Program-made: the position numbers and the translations under genes
Assembly: GCA_965113315.1 (NCBI GenBank)
Contig: OZ220368.1
Reading direction: 5' to 3' (one strand)
Source: Podarcis vaucheri
Lineage: Eukaryota
DNA: 64,000 nucleotides
Shown here: positions 11,201 to 25,083 of the stretch, piece by piece
How positions within the stretch are numbered: the first letter of the stretch is position 1
Layout: the number at the start of each line of letters is the position of its first letter
Notes under the pieces: model-generated
Database searches by the model: none
Told to the model about the DNA's origin: nothing
Seen by the model: the letters and a program-made list of their open reading frames with translations, nothing else

Positions 11201-14200
11201 TGGTCCAGGGAGGATTTCTTAATGAGCGGTTTTACCACCATCTCCATCAGGAAGAGCTGAAAGTAGCAAGAGTTGATCCTGTAGACATTTCAGCTTACCA
11301 GGCTAGTAAAAGAAAAGATTTAATTACGGTATTTGTTTATTTTAAAAAAGCGGGCTCTAAATCAGGCTGTGAAATATTCGGAATGAATTCTATATTTGTG
11401 GTCAATTACCAATAATAAGTCCTCTCCTACCTATTCTCAGTTCTCAGTTAAAAGTCAGGCACATACAAAACTTGCAGGAAGAACTGTAACTTGTGATTCT
11501 GTTCTCAAATACTTTGCAGAAGATTTTTTGCAGAAAAACTGACCACCTGTCTGAATTTCGAGCGATTCCATATTTGTAGCCGTTTCTTCAGGGCAATGTA
11601 GCTTCTCAATATGATGTCCCACATGCTTTCACAAATGTTTCACTTGTCCATGGTTGAACTGCATCATGGGCTTTGTACTCCTAAGGGTACTTAAGCAGTT
11701 AGTTTTTCATATGCGTGCATGTTTTGCATGTTCATACAGAGATGGACTCCAAGTGAATGATATTGTGAGATTAGAGATTGTTTAGCATGGCTGTTCACAC
11801 TCTTGGTACATGCTTGTAGGAGTAGTGCTGGCACAACTAGTCCAGATCTTACTCTGTCAGCTATATAATTGCTATAAGGAAAGAGCACTTTCCTTTGATC
11901 TGCTCCCAAACTTCCTCATCTTCTTTGTATGGGTACATGCAGTCAAACATCAGGAAATGAGCCACTAGAAAGTCTCTAGTGCAGTGAGGCTCTAAAAAAA
12001 TATATGAGGCAGGGCTTCTTCAGAAGCAAAAGCTTGGCATTTTTAGCAATTCATCTGGATTTGAGGGTCCCTTATCCTGCACCTTGCAGGCCCAGCCCCT
12101 GTTAAGCTTTCTTTGTGACGAAGCAGCTCTGAAAGGGCACAGGGTAGCCAGTTTTTGAAAACTTGAAATAATCCCAGTTTCTCTGGCTTCTCTAAAGATG
12201 TTGTGTTGTTGAAAAATATATATACACTTTAACAGAAATACTTTTCCTTCATTAAATTAAATCTCTAAAGCCCAATAGCATTTCTAGTGCTTATATGAAA
12301 ATGCCAGTGGGGATTGGAGATTAAAAGCGGTGTTTTTATACAAGCCAATGAAGATCTCAATAGGAAAGAACACTCTTCAAATATAAATTGCTCCAGTGTT
12401 GGAAAAGACAGCTTTTTATATACTTAGCTCCTTGATAATGCAGTTCCCAGCTTTGTTATGATAATGTCTGTTTACATGTATCTGATAGGAGAGTGTTACA
12501 CATTAGCTCTCCATTTAATGATATCTTATTAATTGTGCCAGTTTTATTACACAGATATGCCGATATACTCAGATTTCACAATAATCATGAGCTGTTGACC
12601 TATTTGCATGCAGCTCAAGAGCTTTATTCTCAACTGAAGGATAGGAAAGTGGAATGTTTTTCACGCAGTGTTTTGTGTAGATTTCATTCTATGACATACT
12701 GGCACCAAATCATCAAATGCATCTTTTTTTCCTTTTTGCATGACCTTCAGGGGGTAACCCAGCATCATTTATGTGGAAAACAATGGGACTTGTCTCCTCA
12801 GCAAACTTACGTTCTTTTCTCTAATGCCTCCTGTCTTCTCAGGGAACAAATCTTGATGTCTGATTTTTAAAGCTAACTCTACAACAGGAAGGTTGTCATA
12901 TGAATAGTAATAGATACTTAGTGTTCATACCTTCCTCCTAATCGGATTAAGAAAAGTTTCAAAAATATATATTTTTAAAAATCAAGTTACATACTATACA
13001 TTTATGTCCCCTTGGTTATGATTGTTGCATTTGCAATATTCAGCTCCTTATGGGTGAATTTAATTGCATTCTGCGTCTCTCAAGGTTTCATTAGCTTTCC
13101 TGTTCCTCTTCTGCGTTGTACTTATTCCCTTCTTTCTTTTCCCCACTACACATGCACCACCCTCCTCAGATCTGTACATGGTCAGATGGCAAAGAGCTTT
13201 ACGGTGATCTTCTAATGTAATGTGTTCTATACAAAAAGAATTAAACTGGTTGATTGCTAAAGCTGCAGTGGACCTGAGGTTGGCTGTTATGTCTGACTGT
13301 GAAAAGGGAAGCTTTTCATGGATTTAAGCTGTGCTGAGAAACCATTAACATTCTCCCGCTGTATTGTATTGCATGCAGATCTCCTTAGCTCACAAGAACG
13401 GCTTTACAAAGTGAGAACAAAATTAACAAGATGAGAAACACTTATGTCCACACAGCTGAAGTGTAATAGATTTATTAGTAGGTCTATATATGTAGGCACA
13501 ATAGGACAATGGATTCTGCAAGCCAAAGACAATGCTAAATTAAATCAATATTCCTTTGGCTATTATTTTAAACTCAGGTTTTTGGGTTGAGATTGTATGC
13601 CCTCCCCCTAGTGAAATCCTTACTTTGGCACAAAACCTGCTATCTGTGGAATTGGGGTGTTTGTGAACCCTGCTTTATTGGGGTTTCACCTGTCTTCACA
13701 GGATAGATTTCAGATTTGTAGTCTTAGTTCATTAAACCAATGGGTATCAGAAAAGAAAATTGGTATAGAGATGTATGAACACCATTATTTTTTTTATTTC
13801 ACACTTTCTCCAAGGAGCCCAGGACAGCATACATGGCTCTTTCCCTCCCCATCCATTTTATCCTTACAACAGCCCTGTGAGCTAGTTTAGCCCAAGGGTG
13901 AGACTGGCTCACAATCACCCATTGAGCTTCATGGACAATTGGTGAGTTGAACCCTGGTTCCCCAGGTCCTAGCCCAACATTTTAACCCCTACATCATGGC
14001 TCTTGGGATCTCCTGAAAATGCTTCCATATCAGCACAACATAAACCAAGGCAGTTTTATGCTGGCCCTGGTGTTTTAAAAGGAACTCTGCCAAGAATTCC
14101 AACTAAGAATCTGTCCTAGGATAACACATCATGGGCAATGTCTTCTGCTGTCTGCTGGTCAACATGCAACAGCTGCCCCAACACACACACACACACACAC

Positions 14201-16980
14201 ACACACACTGAATGAGACACAAGCAGCAGAAGCATAGATTGGAATAAAAGCCACAGCCTTAGCTGGGGTGGCCATATGCCCAGCTTCTGAAGGGCTGTCA
14301 GAGAACAGTCCTTTATTTAGAGATATAGTTTGGTTTAAAGATAACCATAAGAAGGGAGAGCAGGAGGAGGGGCTCTTGAAATTGCCCATCAATATTTAGC
14401 ACTGGGACAGCAGACTGAGCAGGTGCACAGGTCACTTTGTCAGCCTTCCACACTATGGTGAGATGTATTGTATTTCTGTTTAAATTATAGCAATTACTTT
14501 TATGCTTGAATCAATGTATGGAAAGTGCAAATTTAATGCAAAACTGTTTTCCCCCTCTTTTCTGGTGATGCATTTCCTTTGTGTGTGCGATACTTAAATG
14601 GCCACTCTACCATTAGCTAGACAGCTAGGTTTATTATATGTTGCTGGTCCTTAACATTCACCAGGAAAAAAGTTCCTCTCATGGTCAAGAGCAGTAGTAG
14701 TGGCAGGGGAGGAACATGAAGTGGTCTTGTATGCTAATAGCATATTACTTCTTTTGTCACAAACCCAGAGAGAGTCATCCCTGATTTGACATTAGAACAT
14801 ACGATCTGGTCTTGTCCTGTGGTGGTTCTCTGAAATTTTTGGATGTTCACCTCATAATCCTAATCCTAATACCCTAATATCCTGGAATTTGAAGGAGGGG
14901 CACCACAGTGGGATCCTGCATACTTTATCTGTGGCCAAATGACTGTGGGTTTTTGTTTAGTTGTTTTTCCAAAACTGGAAAGACTGAACAGCTCCCCTGA
15001 TACCTCCTTGTTTGGAGGGCCTTTCCTCTCTTGCCTATGAAAAAGCTACTTTGTCCCAGAGGTGCAAAGAGCATATCTATTCTGAGATCTGGGAACCCTT
15101 TAGAGCTATTTGCATGAAAGGTCATATGAGCTCTGCCAGAGGCTCCCCCCCTTCCCCTTCTTTATCCGACCCTCCTCTATCACTTTCTCTCTTTTTTCCT
15201 CTTGGCGTTGACCACATGTGCCCGGTTTTGTAAAATGGTATTATGAATGGTCGTGTTCTGCTAATGTGTTTTCTTTTTCCTTTATTTATTGCTTATTATA
15301 GGTTTTTATAAAACAAACAAACACCCAATAAACTATGCATTAAAAAAGAGAATACTAGCGCTAGTGCTGGTAAATATGCCTGGCTAGATTCTGCCTTGAC
15401 AAAATCAGGCATCCAGTTTTCCATCGCTTTTTTTCTCCTTCTTTCTTTCACAGCATCTCTCCACTGACATATCCCATCCTTTAAATAAATGATGGCTGTG
15501 AACAAGGCCCTTGGGCTTCAGCATGCTGCATTTATTTTATTAATTTAGTTCTTGCTGTGCTAGATTATTTTCCCCCCAGACTATTAAAGCTGCCTTTGAC
15601 GTTAATTAAAAGCTCTCCCTAGGCTGGTAGACTTGGGTTTTTCCTTTCCCTTTTTTAAACACATTTTGCTGGGTAGGCTTTTTAAAATATTTTTTTAGAC
15701 ACATAATTTAATATTCTGCAGAGCCTGTTTGTGTGTTTTGTGTTTGTGAGTGATAGAGTGTGCACAATAATCTGCATTTTTATAGCCTCATTTATCTGGA
15801 CATTCGTCCTGTAATTATAACCCCTTGACATTTTGTATTGGATTTTACTATATGACCAAACTCTAAGGCTGAAATGAATTTAAAATAAAAAAGAGCTCCA
15901 GAGTAATCAAAATCTCCTTGCTTGTTCATGTTGTCATCGCATAGTAATAGTTATTTAGGTAGGTCACTAAACAGGCAGTGACAGCATTAGGCATGCTATA
16001 AAGGCAAAAGAGATGTTCCTAGTGAATTGATGCCCTTTATTATCTTTCTTGATGACCACTCAGAAGACCACAGGACACCAATAAGAAGATCCACGAAGTC
16101 CAGGATCCTGTGACCCACAGTGGCTCATCCATATGCCTACAGGCTTGACCTGAAGGCAATTGTCATCTTCTATGTTTGCTTTCCATCATCTGGGATTCAG
16201 TAGCAAATTGCCTCTGGGTGTGGAGGTTCCATCTAGCTACCCTGTGTGCTAATAGTGAACTCATTCTCTCAGTTTCAATCTCTATGGAGCCGAATTGTCA
16301 TCATCCATGCACAAGAGAGGGAGGTATCAGCAGGCTCCAGGAAGCCAGAAGGTTTGCATCAGTGGTCAGTGCAAAAAAGAGTCACCATGGCTATTGGAAG
16401 GGGGGGGGACAGAAAGGGGAATTGGGAATGGAGTCTCCCTGAGAAGAGCCTGGTTGACTGACACCTGAAACAGAAGCATTCACCACTGCAACATTTTCTG
16501 ACAGATTTCTTGGTATGAATTTGTCTAAAACCAATTTTCCTGGCACAACTCATACCTGGCAACGTATCTCATCTGCCTGCATTTTCCCCCATGTACAATT
16601 ACTGGCAAATCTGTTGTTTTTGCCCCAGACTGCACTGCAAACTCCCCCAGGGCTGATCTTCCCTCATAGCACCTTGCACTCCCTATTGGCATGATACACT
16701 ATCAGAGAAAACCTATTATAATAACGCGACGTATGCTGTGCATTAGCAAGCACTGCATACTTGGCTGGAATATAAATCCTCTGCCCCCTTGCAGGACCAT
16801 GTTTCATCTTCAATATTTCATTAAGTGTGTGCCCTGCAAAAGTTCAAGCCATTCAACATGATCAGATTGATCTCTGAAACACAACTGATAGTGGCAGTGA
16901 GAGGAAAATCTAGTTATGTTAGTGTAACTGCAGCATAATGAAAATATGCTGCTCTGCCATAGCTTCTGTGATGTCATTTT

Positions 16981-17126
16981 TAGGGTTGCCATATGTCCTC
17001 TTTTTTCCAGGACACACCTTCTTTTTCATGGGTCTGTAACATGAGAGTCGTCATAGCGATTCATAGTTAAAAGTAGAAGTCAGAAAATGTGTCCTCTTTT
17101 TTGCTCTTCGAAATATGGCAACCCTA
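16981..17126. mobile_element. hAT-like MITE with tagggttgccata TIRs
   Basis: tagggttgccatat...atatggcaacccta, the same TIR as 59837-59962. The TSD is not preserved. Confidence 0.7.
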
Positions 17127-17562
17127 ATTTATCTAGACAAAACCAGTGCAGCTTACGACCTTCTAAGCTGAAGGAAACCCCCTAGCTACGCAATGTGTTT
17201 TGTTAGGGGCTGGACAACTGCCCCATAATTGCAGTTCTAGGTGACCGGGCACACAAGGAGGGAGGAGAAGAGCTTTATCAAATCTTTGATTCATGCAATC
17301 CAACTGGATGGGTTTTCATATAGGACTGGTCTAGACCAGGTATCAAAGTTTTGTTAGTGTCAGACTATTAACATTATAAAAGTCTGATTAAATTGAGCAT
17401 CTGTCCTGGAAGTGAAAGCCTTTTGTACTGCATGACAAGCCCTAGTGCCAGCTGGTGAACCCATGGGGACCCACCCATCAATATAATAAAACCTACTAAC
17501 TGGGGAATCATAATGCAAATGGAACAATACTGTACATGGAACACATACTGATTATTTATAAT

Positions 17563-17725
17563 AAAAAAATTCCTTCCAGTAGTACAGTACAGTGTGTATC
17601 TGAAGAAGTGTGCATGCACACGAAAGCTCATACCAAGAACTAACTTAGTTGGTCTTTAAGGTGCTACTGGAAGGGGTTTTTTTATTTTGACTATGGCAGA
17701 CCAACACGGCTACCTATCTGTAACT
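17563..17725 (+). mobile_element. Short Penelope-like (possibly Neptune-like) terminal remnant with hammerhead and a short 5' inversion
   Basis: Reads gtatctgaagaagtgtgcatgcacacgaaagctcataccaagaactaacttagttggtctttaaggtgctactggaagg...; the leading ccttccagtag (17572-17582) is the reverse complement of the downstream ctactggaagg. A near-identical copy is at 45195-45283. Confidence 0.8.
17596..17633 (+). ncRNA. Minimal type I hammerhead ribozyme motif (second family)
   Basis: Stem I GUAU/AUAC, core CUGAAGA (17600-17606), an extra A, stem II GUGUGC-au-GCACAC, GAAA (17622-17625), palindromic AGCU, CUC cleavage triplet ending 17629. Confidence 0.85.
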
Positions 17726-19774
17726 GATTATTTATGTATTGTAACTGGTGCCTATGGTCTCAAAATTCCAGATGTGCCCACTGCTCCAAAAAGGTTGACG
17801 ACCCTTGCAAGTTAGGAACCCCTTATTATGTATTGGCTGGGAAAGCGCACAGGGCTTCATCAAGTTGCTCTGCATTAGGCAGAGCATGGATGACAATAAA
17901 GCCCAATGTTGCTCAGTGCTGGGGAGAAACTCTGGGATCAAGCCTTCCTTCTTTTCTTGGTGCTGCAGTCTATTTTCTCTTGTTTCCAGTAGTACCAAAC
18001 TACAACGATCGAGGCTGGAGAAGAAAGCACAAGACAGATCAGTCACCCTTCAGACCTGTCACTGCAAATGTTGGGGATACCTCGTTCATCCTTCTTATGT
18101 GGTGTTAAGTGTACCAATACTATGTGACATGTTGTGGCAGGCAACTAGACTCAACAGTTTTCTTGGGGTGGTAGTGGTAAAGTTAAGTTAATCTGAAGTC
18201 AAATCGGCCTAGTAGTAGATATTGCTGACCCATCTGTGCTCACCGATCCATATTTTAATCACATATAACAACTAGTTGCCCAAGATGGTGATGCACATCT
18301 GCATCCAAAAATGAGCAAAGATACTTTCATGGGTCTTGAGCAAGCAGATCTGCACCCATATGCACACCATATGTGGACTTGGCATCCATGTTGATGGCAC
18401 GTGCAAAAGCCTGATTCCACAACATAATCCCTTTGCTGGAATAGACCGTGGTATTTAGTATTCAAGGGAACAGAAGACACATACCCAAAACACCTTTCTT
18501 TGGAAAATAACATCTAAATAATTATGCTGTGGGAAAGAAATGGCTTGAATTGTATGTCCTGAATATTATTTCCCCTCCCACTCTTGCTCTAGTACTTCTT
18601 CAGATGACATTTTGAGGATATTGGGGTTGGTTTTTTGGAATTTTGGGATTATACATCAAATGCAAGCAGATGATCTATGCCTTTGAGGAGGCATGTTTTT
18701 AATGTACCACTTATCTTTAGCATCAGAAGCTGCCTTTCTTTCATCTCTGAGGGGCATGGGGGTTTATCTGTTCTATGGTCTTATAAATAGCAAAGCTGGA
18801 AAGGGGGAAAGAGAGCAAGCAAAGGACTTGTCTGCTGAACTATTATGCTTACAGTGAGGATGCAGGCAGGTGACAATAAATGCTATGTGCTGCACCCTTA
18901 ATTGCACATTACTATAATCTTGGCTGTTGGAATAAAATAACATGCCACTCATACTCCTCTTTTTTCTATTCCATTCCATGGGAAAGTACATTCCAAAAAT
19001 GCAGATGCTTGTGAATAATCTAAATGCAAAATCCTGTCCAGAGGAAGAGAGGGGTGGGAGGAAAAGCATAAACCTAGCAGCTTTTGTGTGCTAGTTAATT
19101 TCCTTTCCTTGCAGGGGCATTGAGCATGACAGTGTCAGAAAGCACAGATGCAGAAATGTTTGCTTCCAAGACTTCATGCAGATTAAAAACAAACAAATAA
19201 GAAGTGGGGAGGGCAAAAATCCCCTCTCTCAAAATTGCTTTGCCATTTCTGACTTTCTGTATTTGGAAATAATTTTACCAGGAGATATTGCTGGCCTTTT
19301 GCTTGACAAGAACATTCCCTTGCTGGGCTATTAAGTTGAAAATGCAGTCAAGTATTAACACTGAAACAGTTTGCATAATTTCACCCTCTGCATAGAACAC
19401 CTTCAATGAGGAAAGTGTGAGGGAGAAGTACACTATTTCCATTAAGGGGGTGGGGGGGATGGGGGGAGGAAATGGTATTGAGTAGTTCAAGGGCTGGCTT
19501 GTTCCTCTTGGATCTAAGCAGATCAGCTGATTTTTGTCTAGAGATCTCAGGCTGCTGATCAGCTGCCTGCCAAAGCTACCATTGCAGTTCACTTTCTCGC
19601 AATCCACTGGAAACTCTTATCTTTCAGATGGTGCAAAAAGAAAGAAGAAAAATAACAGCTAAGTAAAGAGATCACACATAATATATTTACACTTCCAAAA
19701 TCCCAGTGTCGCAAAGATTAGTGGCAAGTGGCTTCAGCCTTTGACTTCCAAATGTCTTTATAAGATTTATTTGT

Positions 19775-19904
19775 NNNNNNNNNNNNNNNNNNNNNNNNNN
19801 NNNNNNNNNNNNNNNNNNNNNNNNNNNNNNNNNNNNNNNNNNNNNNNNNNNNNNNNNNNNNNNNNNNNNNNNNNNNNNNNNNNNNNNNNNNNNNNNNNNN
19901 NNNN
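19775..19904. other. Assembly gap (N run)
   Basis: 130 N. Confidence 1.
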
Positions 19905-20869
19905 GGGATTCAGCCCCACTAAATTTAGTGGGACTTACTTCTGAGTAAGCAAGTATAGGACAGCACTGTAAATCCTCCATTTCTCTTGTTTGATCATGTT
20001 TGTCTCTATGCTTTTCTCCTGACCACTCACCAGGGCTTTAATAAACTGCATATGTGGATGGGAATGAGGCAACAGATGTGCTAATTTCCTGTCACTCTGT
20101 CTTAGAAATGCTGCACTACATTAAAGTGATTTTGCAAATGAAAGCTAAAAGCTAAGCAAAAGCCCCTATCTATTTTCCCTAAAGATGATTATAGCGTTCT
20201 TTATGTTCCCCTAAATGACAAACCAATTTGTTACCTGCCTGCATAAACATTTCCTTGCATTAGGACCAGAAATGTTTTATTTTTATTAGCCCAAACTTTA
20301 CCTTTTTATGAAGACACAAGGGCGCAATAAAATTAGCGTGCAAATATAATGCCCAATTTGCATTTTCCCCCTATGGTCAGCAGAAAAAAGCGGAAGAAAA
20401 TCAATTGTCTATTAGGTCAACAGCATACACATCAAGAGCTCAAATTAGATCATTGTAATGGCTCTAATTTTCAGACTGCCAGATTAATATGAAATGGTTG
20501 GAATCCACCTCACTTTCACAGGAACATTTGAATTTCAGCAGGGAACACAAACCACCATGGGTTTTCTGTTTTGAATGCCTATCCTCAAATATCTGGGATG
20601 GCAGATTCAATGACATGTTCTGAATGCATAATGAGTATTAGCATTGTTAGTGCAACCAGACAATATTATTTTTCTGATTGGATTGAAAGCCCGTCAGCTC
20701 TCTCTTTTGGCTAGCTCTCAGCGTGATAACAACACAGCAGAGAAATGAAACTAAATGAAAACAAACACCCGGTAATTCTACATATTTCTATCTGTAATGA
20801 AAGGTCATTTCTGCAACTGTGTCACCATTTCACTTTGGCAGATGGACAACCTGATCTTCTCAGTACATC

Positions 20870-21185
20870 TGCATAGCATGGGTTGCCAGTGCCCAGGGCT
20901 GTGCAGCGGGTGGGGAGGGAAATGGTGTGTGCACATTCAACCGCCTAACGGCGTCTGCGTCACTCAGGAAATCACAACCACGGAGATAAGAAAAGAAGAG
21001 CTGTTACGTTGTCTGGAGAGGTCACTTCCTGGTTTGCATGGAGAAGCCGTTTTCAACGGAGCCCAGCAACAGAAGCATGCAGCTGCATTGAGGCAGCACC
21101 GGGTGTTGCGCCCCTAACCATGTTGGGGCCCCTAACAATTTTGCACCCAGGGCAGCCACCCCTGTGCTCCTCCCCCATGCTATTG
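20870..21185. mobile_element. Second copy (inverted) of the 62739-63032 family
   Basis: Shares gggttgccagtgcc.gggctg and ctggagaggtcactt.ctggtttgcatggagaagc.gttttcaacg.agccc. Confidence 0.6.
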
Positions 21186-21706
21186 CATCTGAAGGCCCCG
21201 TGGCATGAAGGAGGCAGATTCAGGCAGTCAGCAGAGCAGTCTGAGAGTCAACATGTTATTGATGTGTCACCTTTCTTGAATAGCGGAGCTGAATGGTGTG
21301 TGTGTGTGTGTGTGTGTTGTTCTGTGCTGACAAGTGGCACAAAACAAAAACATTTCCTTTCTGTCTTTTCTCTCTCGTCCACATCTCCTTCCACGTTTTA
21401 TAAATATCTTGTACATTCCAGCATCTACCTATCACATTTCTTATCTTCCTTCATTTTCTCACAGCCTGGCTACTGTCCCAAAATAGAAAGGATGTGTTAT
21501 CTTACACTGAAGTCAATAAAGGAGACGATTCCCCCACCTGCCCCAACAGATATACCACTAACAGTAAAGACAAGACTATATACAGTATCGTTTATTTTAT
21601 CCTGAGTTCTGTTTCTTGGTAGCAACATTGTCGCTTCCTCATTTTTTTCATTTAAAGGTGTTATAGCCAGTGAGAAATGTTATTGCTTCATATATAAGAA
21701 TAGTGA

Positions 21707-21742
<36 letters not shown>

Positions 21743-23978
21743 TGTTTTGACATTTAAGACACATGGCAGAGGAAAAGGTTAGAGAAGATACATAACATGC
21801 TGAAACACTTCAATACTTGGAAATGTGTATAACTGGGCGTGAAGTTGTAAAATATGTTTTATTAACTGAGTGACTGATTTCCAAAAAAAAAAATCTGGTA
21901 GTGTGTATTCGCTAATGCTACTTGAACTGCCCCACCATGTTAATGAGGGAAAAGATGCATAAACTTCATACCTGATATTTTCTAGTTTCAAACTTTCTGT
22001 TCATTTATTTTTACATGTTTTTTGGCCTTGAATGTTCCCGCCACACTTGCCATCCCCTCCTGCCACACCAGTGTGGTGTGCCACACCCTTTGAGAACCAC
22101 TGCTTGTCTACCCTGGCGCAGCACTGAAAGCCAGGTGGGCACAGTTCGGTAAGGTCAGGCCCACCCAGTTCACCCACCCAAGTCTCAGTAATGCAAGCCA
22201 GATCCCATATCTATCCAAGTGTGGTAATATTTGTCTTCCCTGGTTGCTATTTTCTTCCATCTTATATTGTGTAAGAAGAGCGGATATTTCCCCTTTTAAA
22301 GTTACAGTTAAAGGGGATGTGCTAGAGGAAATGTGTTTTAAGAAATCCATTATTAGACTGCCCCAGTTCTTTTCTCCTCCCCACCCCTGCAAATGTCAAA
22401 GCTGCTGAGATCCAATCCAATCACTAGAGCTGTGCCTATGGCAGGGGTGTTTGATCTGTGGCCCTACACCATTTTCCTGATCACATAGGTCTCATCTATT
22501 AGCCCTGTATTACAGTTTGGCAGCTATATAATGCACACCTATATCACGGTTTCCATACTGACTGTAAATTAATAGAATGATATACATTATTTAATGGAGC
22601 ACAGCAGAAAACATAATAAAAAGTAAGAGAAACAAAAACTGTGGCACATGTTACCTATTGATGGTTACTTAACATAATTCTCTCTTTCTCTCTCTTTAAC
22701 AATTTGCAGCTTCAGAAACTTCAGTTTCTACCTCTCACCTTGTATAGTTCATGGCTAATTTATCTCCACCCTTCTTCATCACTCTGTGCTAATCCTGATG
22801 ACACTGGTTGATCATCAGTTTTTTGCTGATATTATTATGTTCCTTTCTGCTGCTTCTCATTTTTCTTCTAGAGACAGGGTTGACCCCACCAGCTGCTGCT
22901 TTTGTCAGAAACATTCTCTTGAAAGATTTCTCTGCCTCTAGGGCTCAAATTTGCACCAGAGATGTGTGATGTTAGCACATCAAAGACCAAATAAATGGTT
23001 GGACTACAGGCTAAGCAGTTGTAGGACTTCTTAAGAGACTAAAAGAATACAAGTGTAGAGAATATTTCCAGGGCTGTTTGGCTAATTGCTTCTGGAGAGG
23101 AACTGAAAATGTATTGATAAGTGTTGTTGTTTTCTTTCAGATTTTCAGGCTTCTGATTGACACAGGCTGGAACAACCATTTCTATTTAAAATAAAAATAA
23201 TTAAATATAACTTTCCTTTGAATATAACTATCCAGTAGGTTGCCTTGCGGCAATACCTGGCCAGAGCCTGGGACTTAACAGAAGAGTGTTAATAGACCAC
23301 AATATGTTTCTATGAGAACTAATTGTTAGCCAGGGCTTTCTTTCTTTTTTCCATCTGGAACTCAGTTCTGCCACTTCTCAGGTGGGCGCCATTGCCATTA
23401 TAAGAGAACATGGGAGGTGAGTCCCGGCTCCTCTTTTTCTAGAAAGATAGTGCTGTTGTTAGCCATTCCCTTTTTAATGGCGTAGAAATATCTGGATTTT
23501 TTTTCCTACTCACATTTATTGTCCAGCAGCTGAAATCATGTTTGAATTGGTAAAAACAGAATATAAGGCCAGTGCAATTATTTGATGTACACTATGTGCT
23601 GTAACTCTCCAATGGTTTAACTTTACCCCCCCCCCCCCGCCATGGCACACTCTTCTATTGTCTCTTGAGACAGAAGGATTGCCAACTCAGTATGCATGGA
23701 GGAAAGGGGGATAATTGGTGTGTCTGCCTGTGCCCCCCCCTGCACACTTCATCTCCATCAATTAGTGACCTATGTGGGTAGACTCCAACTGTGCAAGAAA
23801 AAAATAGGGACAGTCAAGATTTTTCTTTACAAATTTGAATCTCTTACATATCTGATGGTTCTGAAGCTCCAATTCATTAAGATAAAATAAATAATGGGGG
23901 AAAACTATGCCCTGCATACAAGTACAAAATTTCAGAGTTGTTACTATCAATTTTTTGTCTCTTTGTTTTCCTCAACAG

Positions 23979-24068
23979 TGAACCTTCGTCCTGGAACAGA
24001 GCAGAAAGTTGTGTTTATTACAGCCCGTGTGCACCCTGGCGAAACACCATCATCTTTTGTGTGCCAAG
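23979..24068 (+). CDS. AGBL4: AGBL4/CCP6 internal coding exon (90 bp, phase 1-1; probably equivalent to human exon 7)
   Basis: Polypyrimidine tract plus AG (ttttcctcaacag|, AG at 23977-23978) and donor |gtaagt at 24069. Translates xNLRPGTEQKVVFITARVHPGETPSSFVCQG, including the M14 carboxypeptidase HxxE zinc-ligand motif. The sequence matches CCP6 as I recall it. Confidence 0.95.
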
Positions 24069-25083
24069 GTAAGTAGCTTCATATGACGGTGCTTGAAATG
24101 AAAGCTAGGAATGGGAACTTCTCATCCCTGCATTTGATATGTCCATGGTCTTTAAGGTCCTTAGAGCATCTCCAACCCCTAAGCAGGTGTTCCTTGATTT
24201 TAAATTTTAAACAAAGTCTTAATAAGCACATTAATAAGCCGGAGGAATGATAAAACTCACATTTGTTCATACTCGAGAGCTTCCAGAAGCATCTGGCAGT
24301 CTGGATCTGCATGTAAACCAGCAAGGCTGTTATAATCTAGCACTGGAGATTAACTGGAATGAAATAATTAAACATGTAGAAGGGTAACCTGATCAAAAGG
24401 CCCCGAAGGAAGCTATGGTCTGTTTTTCAAGTTTTGACTCCGAATGCATCAAAACTCTTTGTAAGACAATAAAAGAATGAGAGCTGGAAATGTATATTGG
24501 AAATTTTCTTGTCTGCAGTTATGGTGCATGCTTGATTTATTTGGGAATTCATGGATTGGAACTTGGTGAATTTCTATGTTCACTGAGCCATTCTGCTTAA
24601 TGCCCCTTGCGAAACTGCCTCTTGTGTGCCATTAGTATTGTAAGGGCTGATATGGAATCAGAGTACCCCAACCCCTCTGGAAAAGTAGACTTAGATGCTG
24701 CTGTACCACTGATCACACAAAATGAAGGGCGCAACTGTATATTCAGAGGACTCAGTGACATACTTCTGAGAGCCTATGACTGAAATGACATTGAACTGAA
24801 TAAGAATTTCTACTGATTGCATTTTCAACTTTGCTTTGGATTTAACTGATATAATGACAGAGGTTTTGCTATATCCATTCTATGTCTTACAGTTGATTAG
24901 AGATGCACACAAAATTACCTGAGAACTGTAATAGATCTGATCTATAGATCATCTCTTCTCTGAGTAAATCTGGCTGAACAGCTGCCCAGTTATTATTGGT
25001 TACATACACCTAACAAATTAGACTCTCTCACACACAGCCTCAGCATAATTAGGAGAGAGCTTTAGTCTGCTATCCTAGGCATA

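Noticed and set aside
22795-22818. ctgatga...tcatcag as another hammerhead or snoRNA box
   Set aside because: Simple short hairpin with no stem II-GAAA arrangement and no C/D spacing support.
1-23978. Nested BEND5 gene (lies within an AGBL4 intron in mammals, as I recall)
   Set aside because: No BEN-domain exon recognised in this part of the intron; it may lie upstream of the window.
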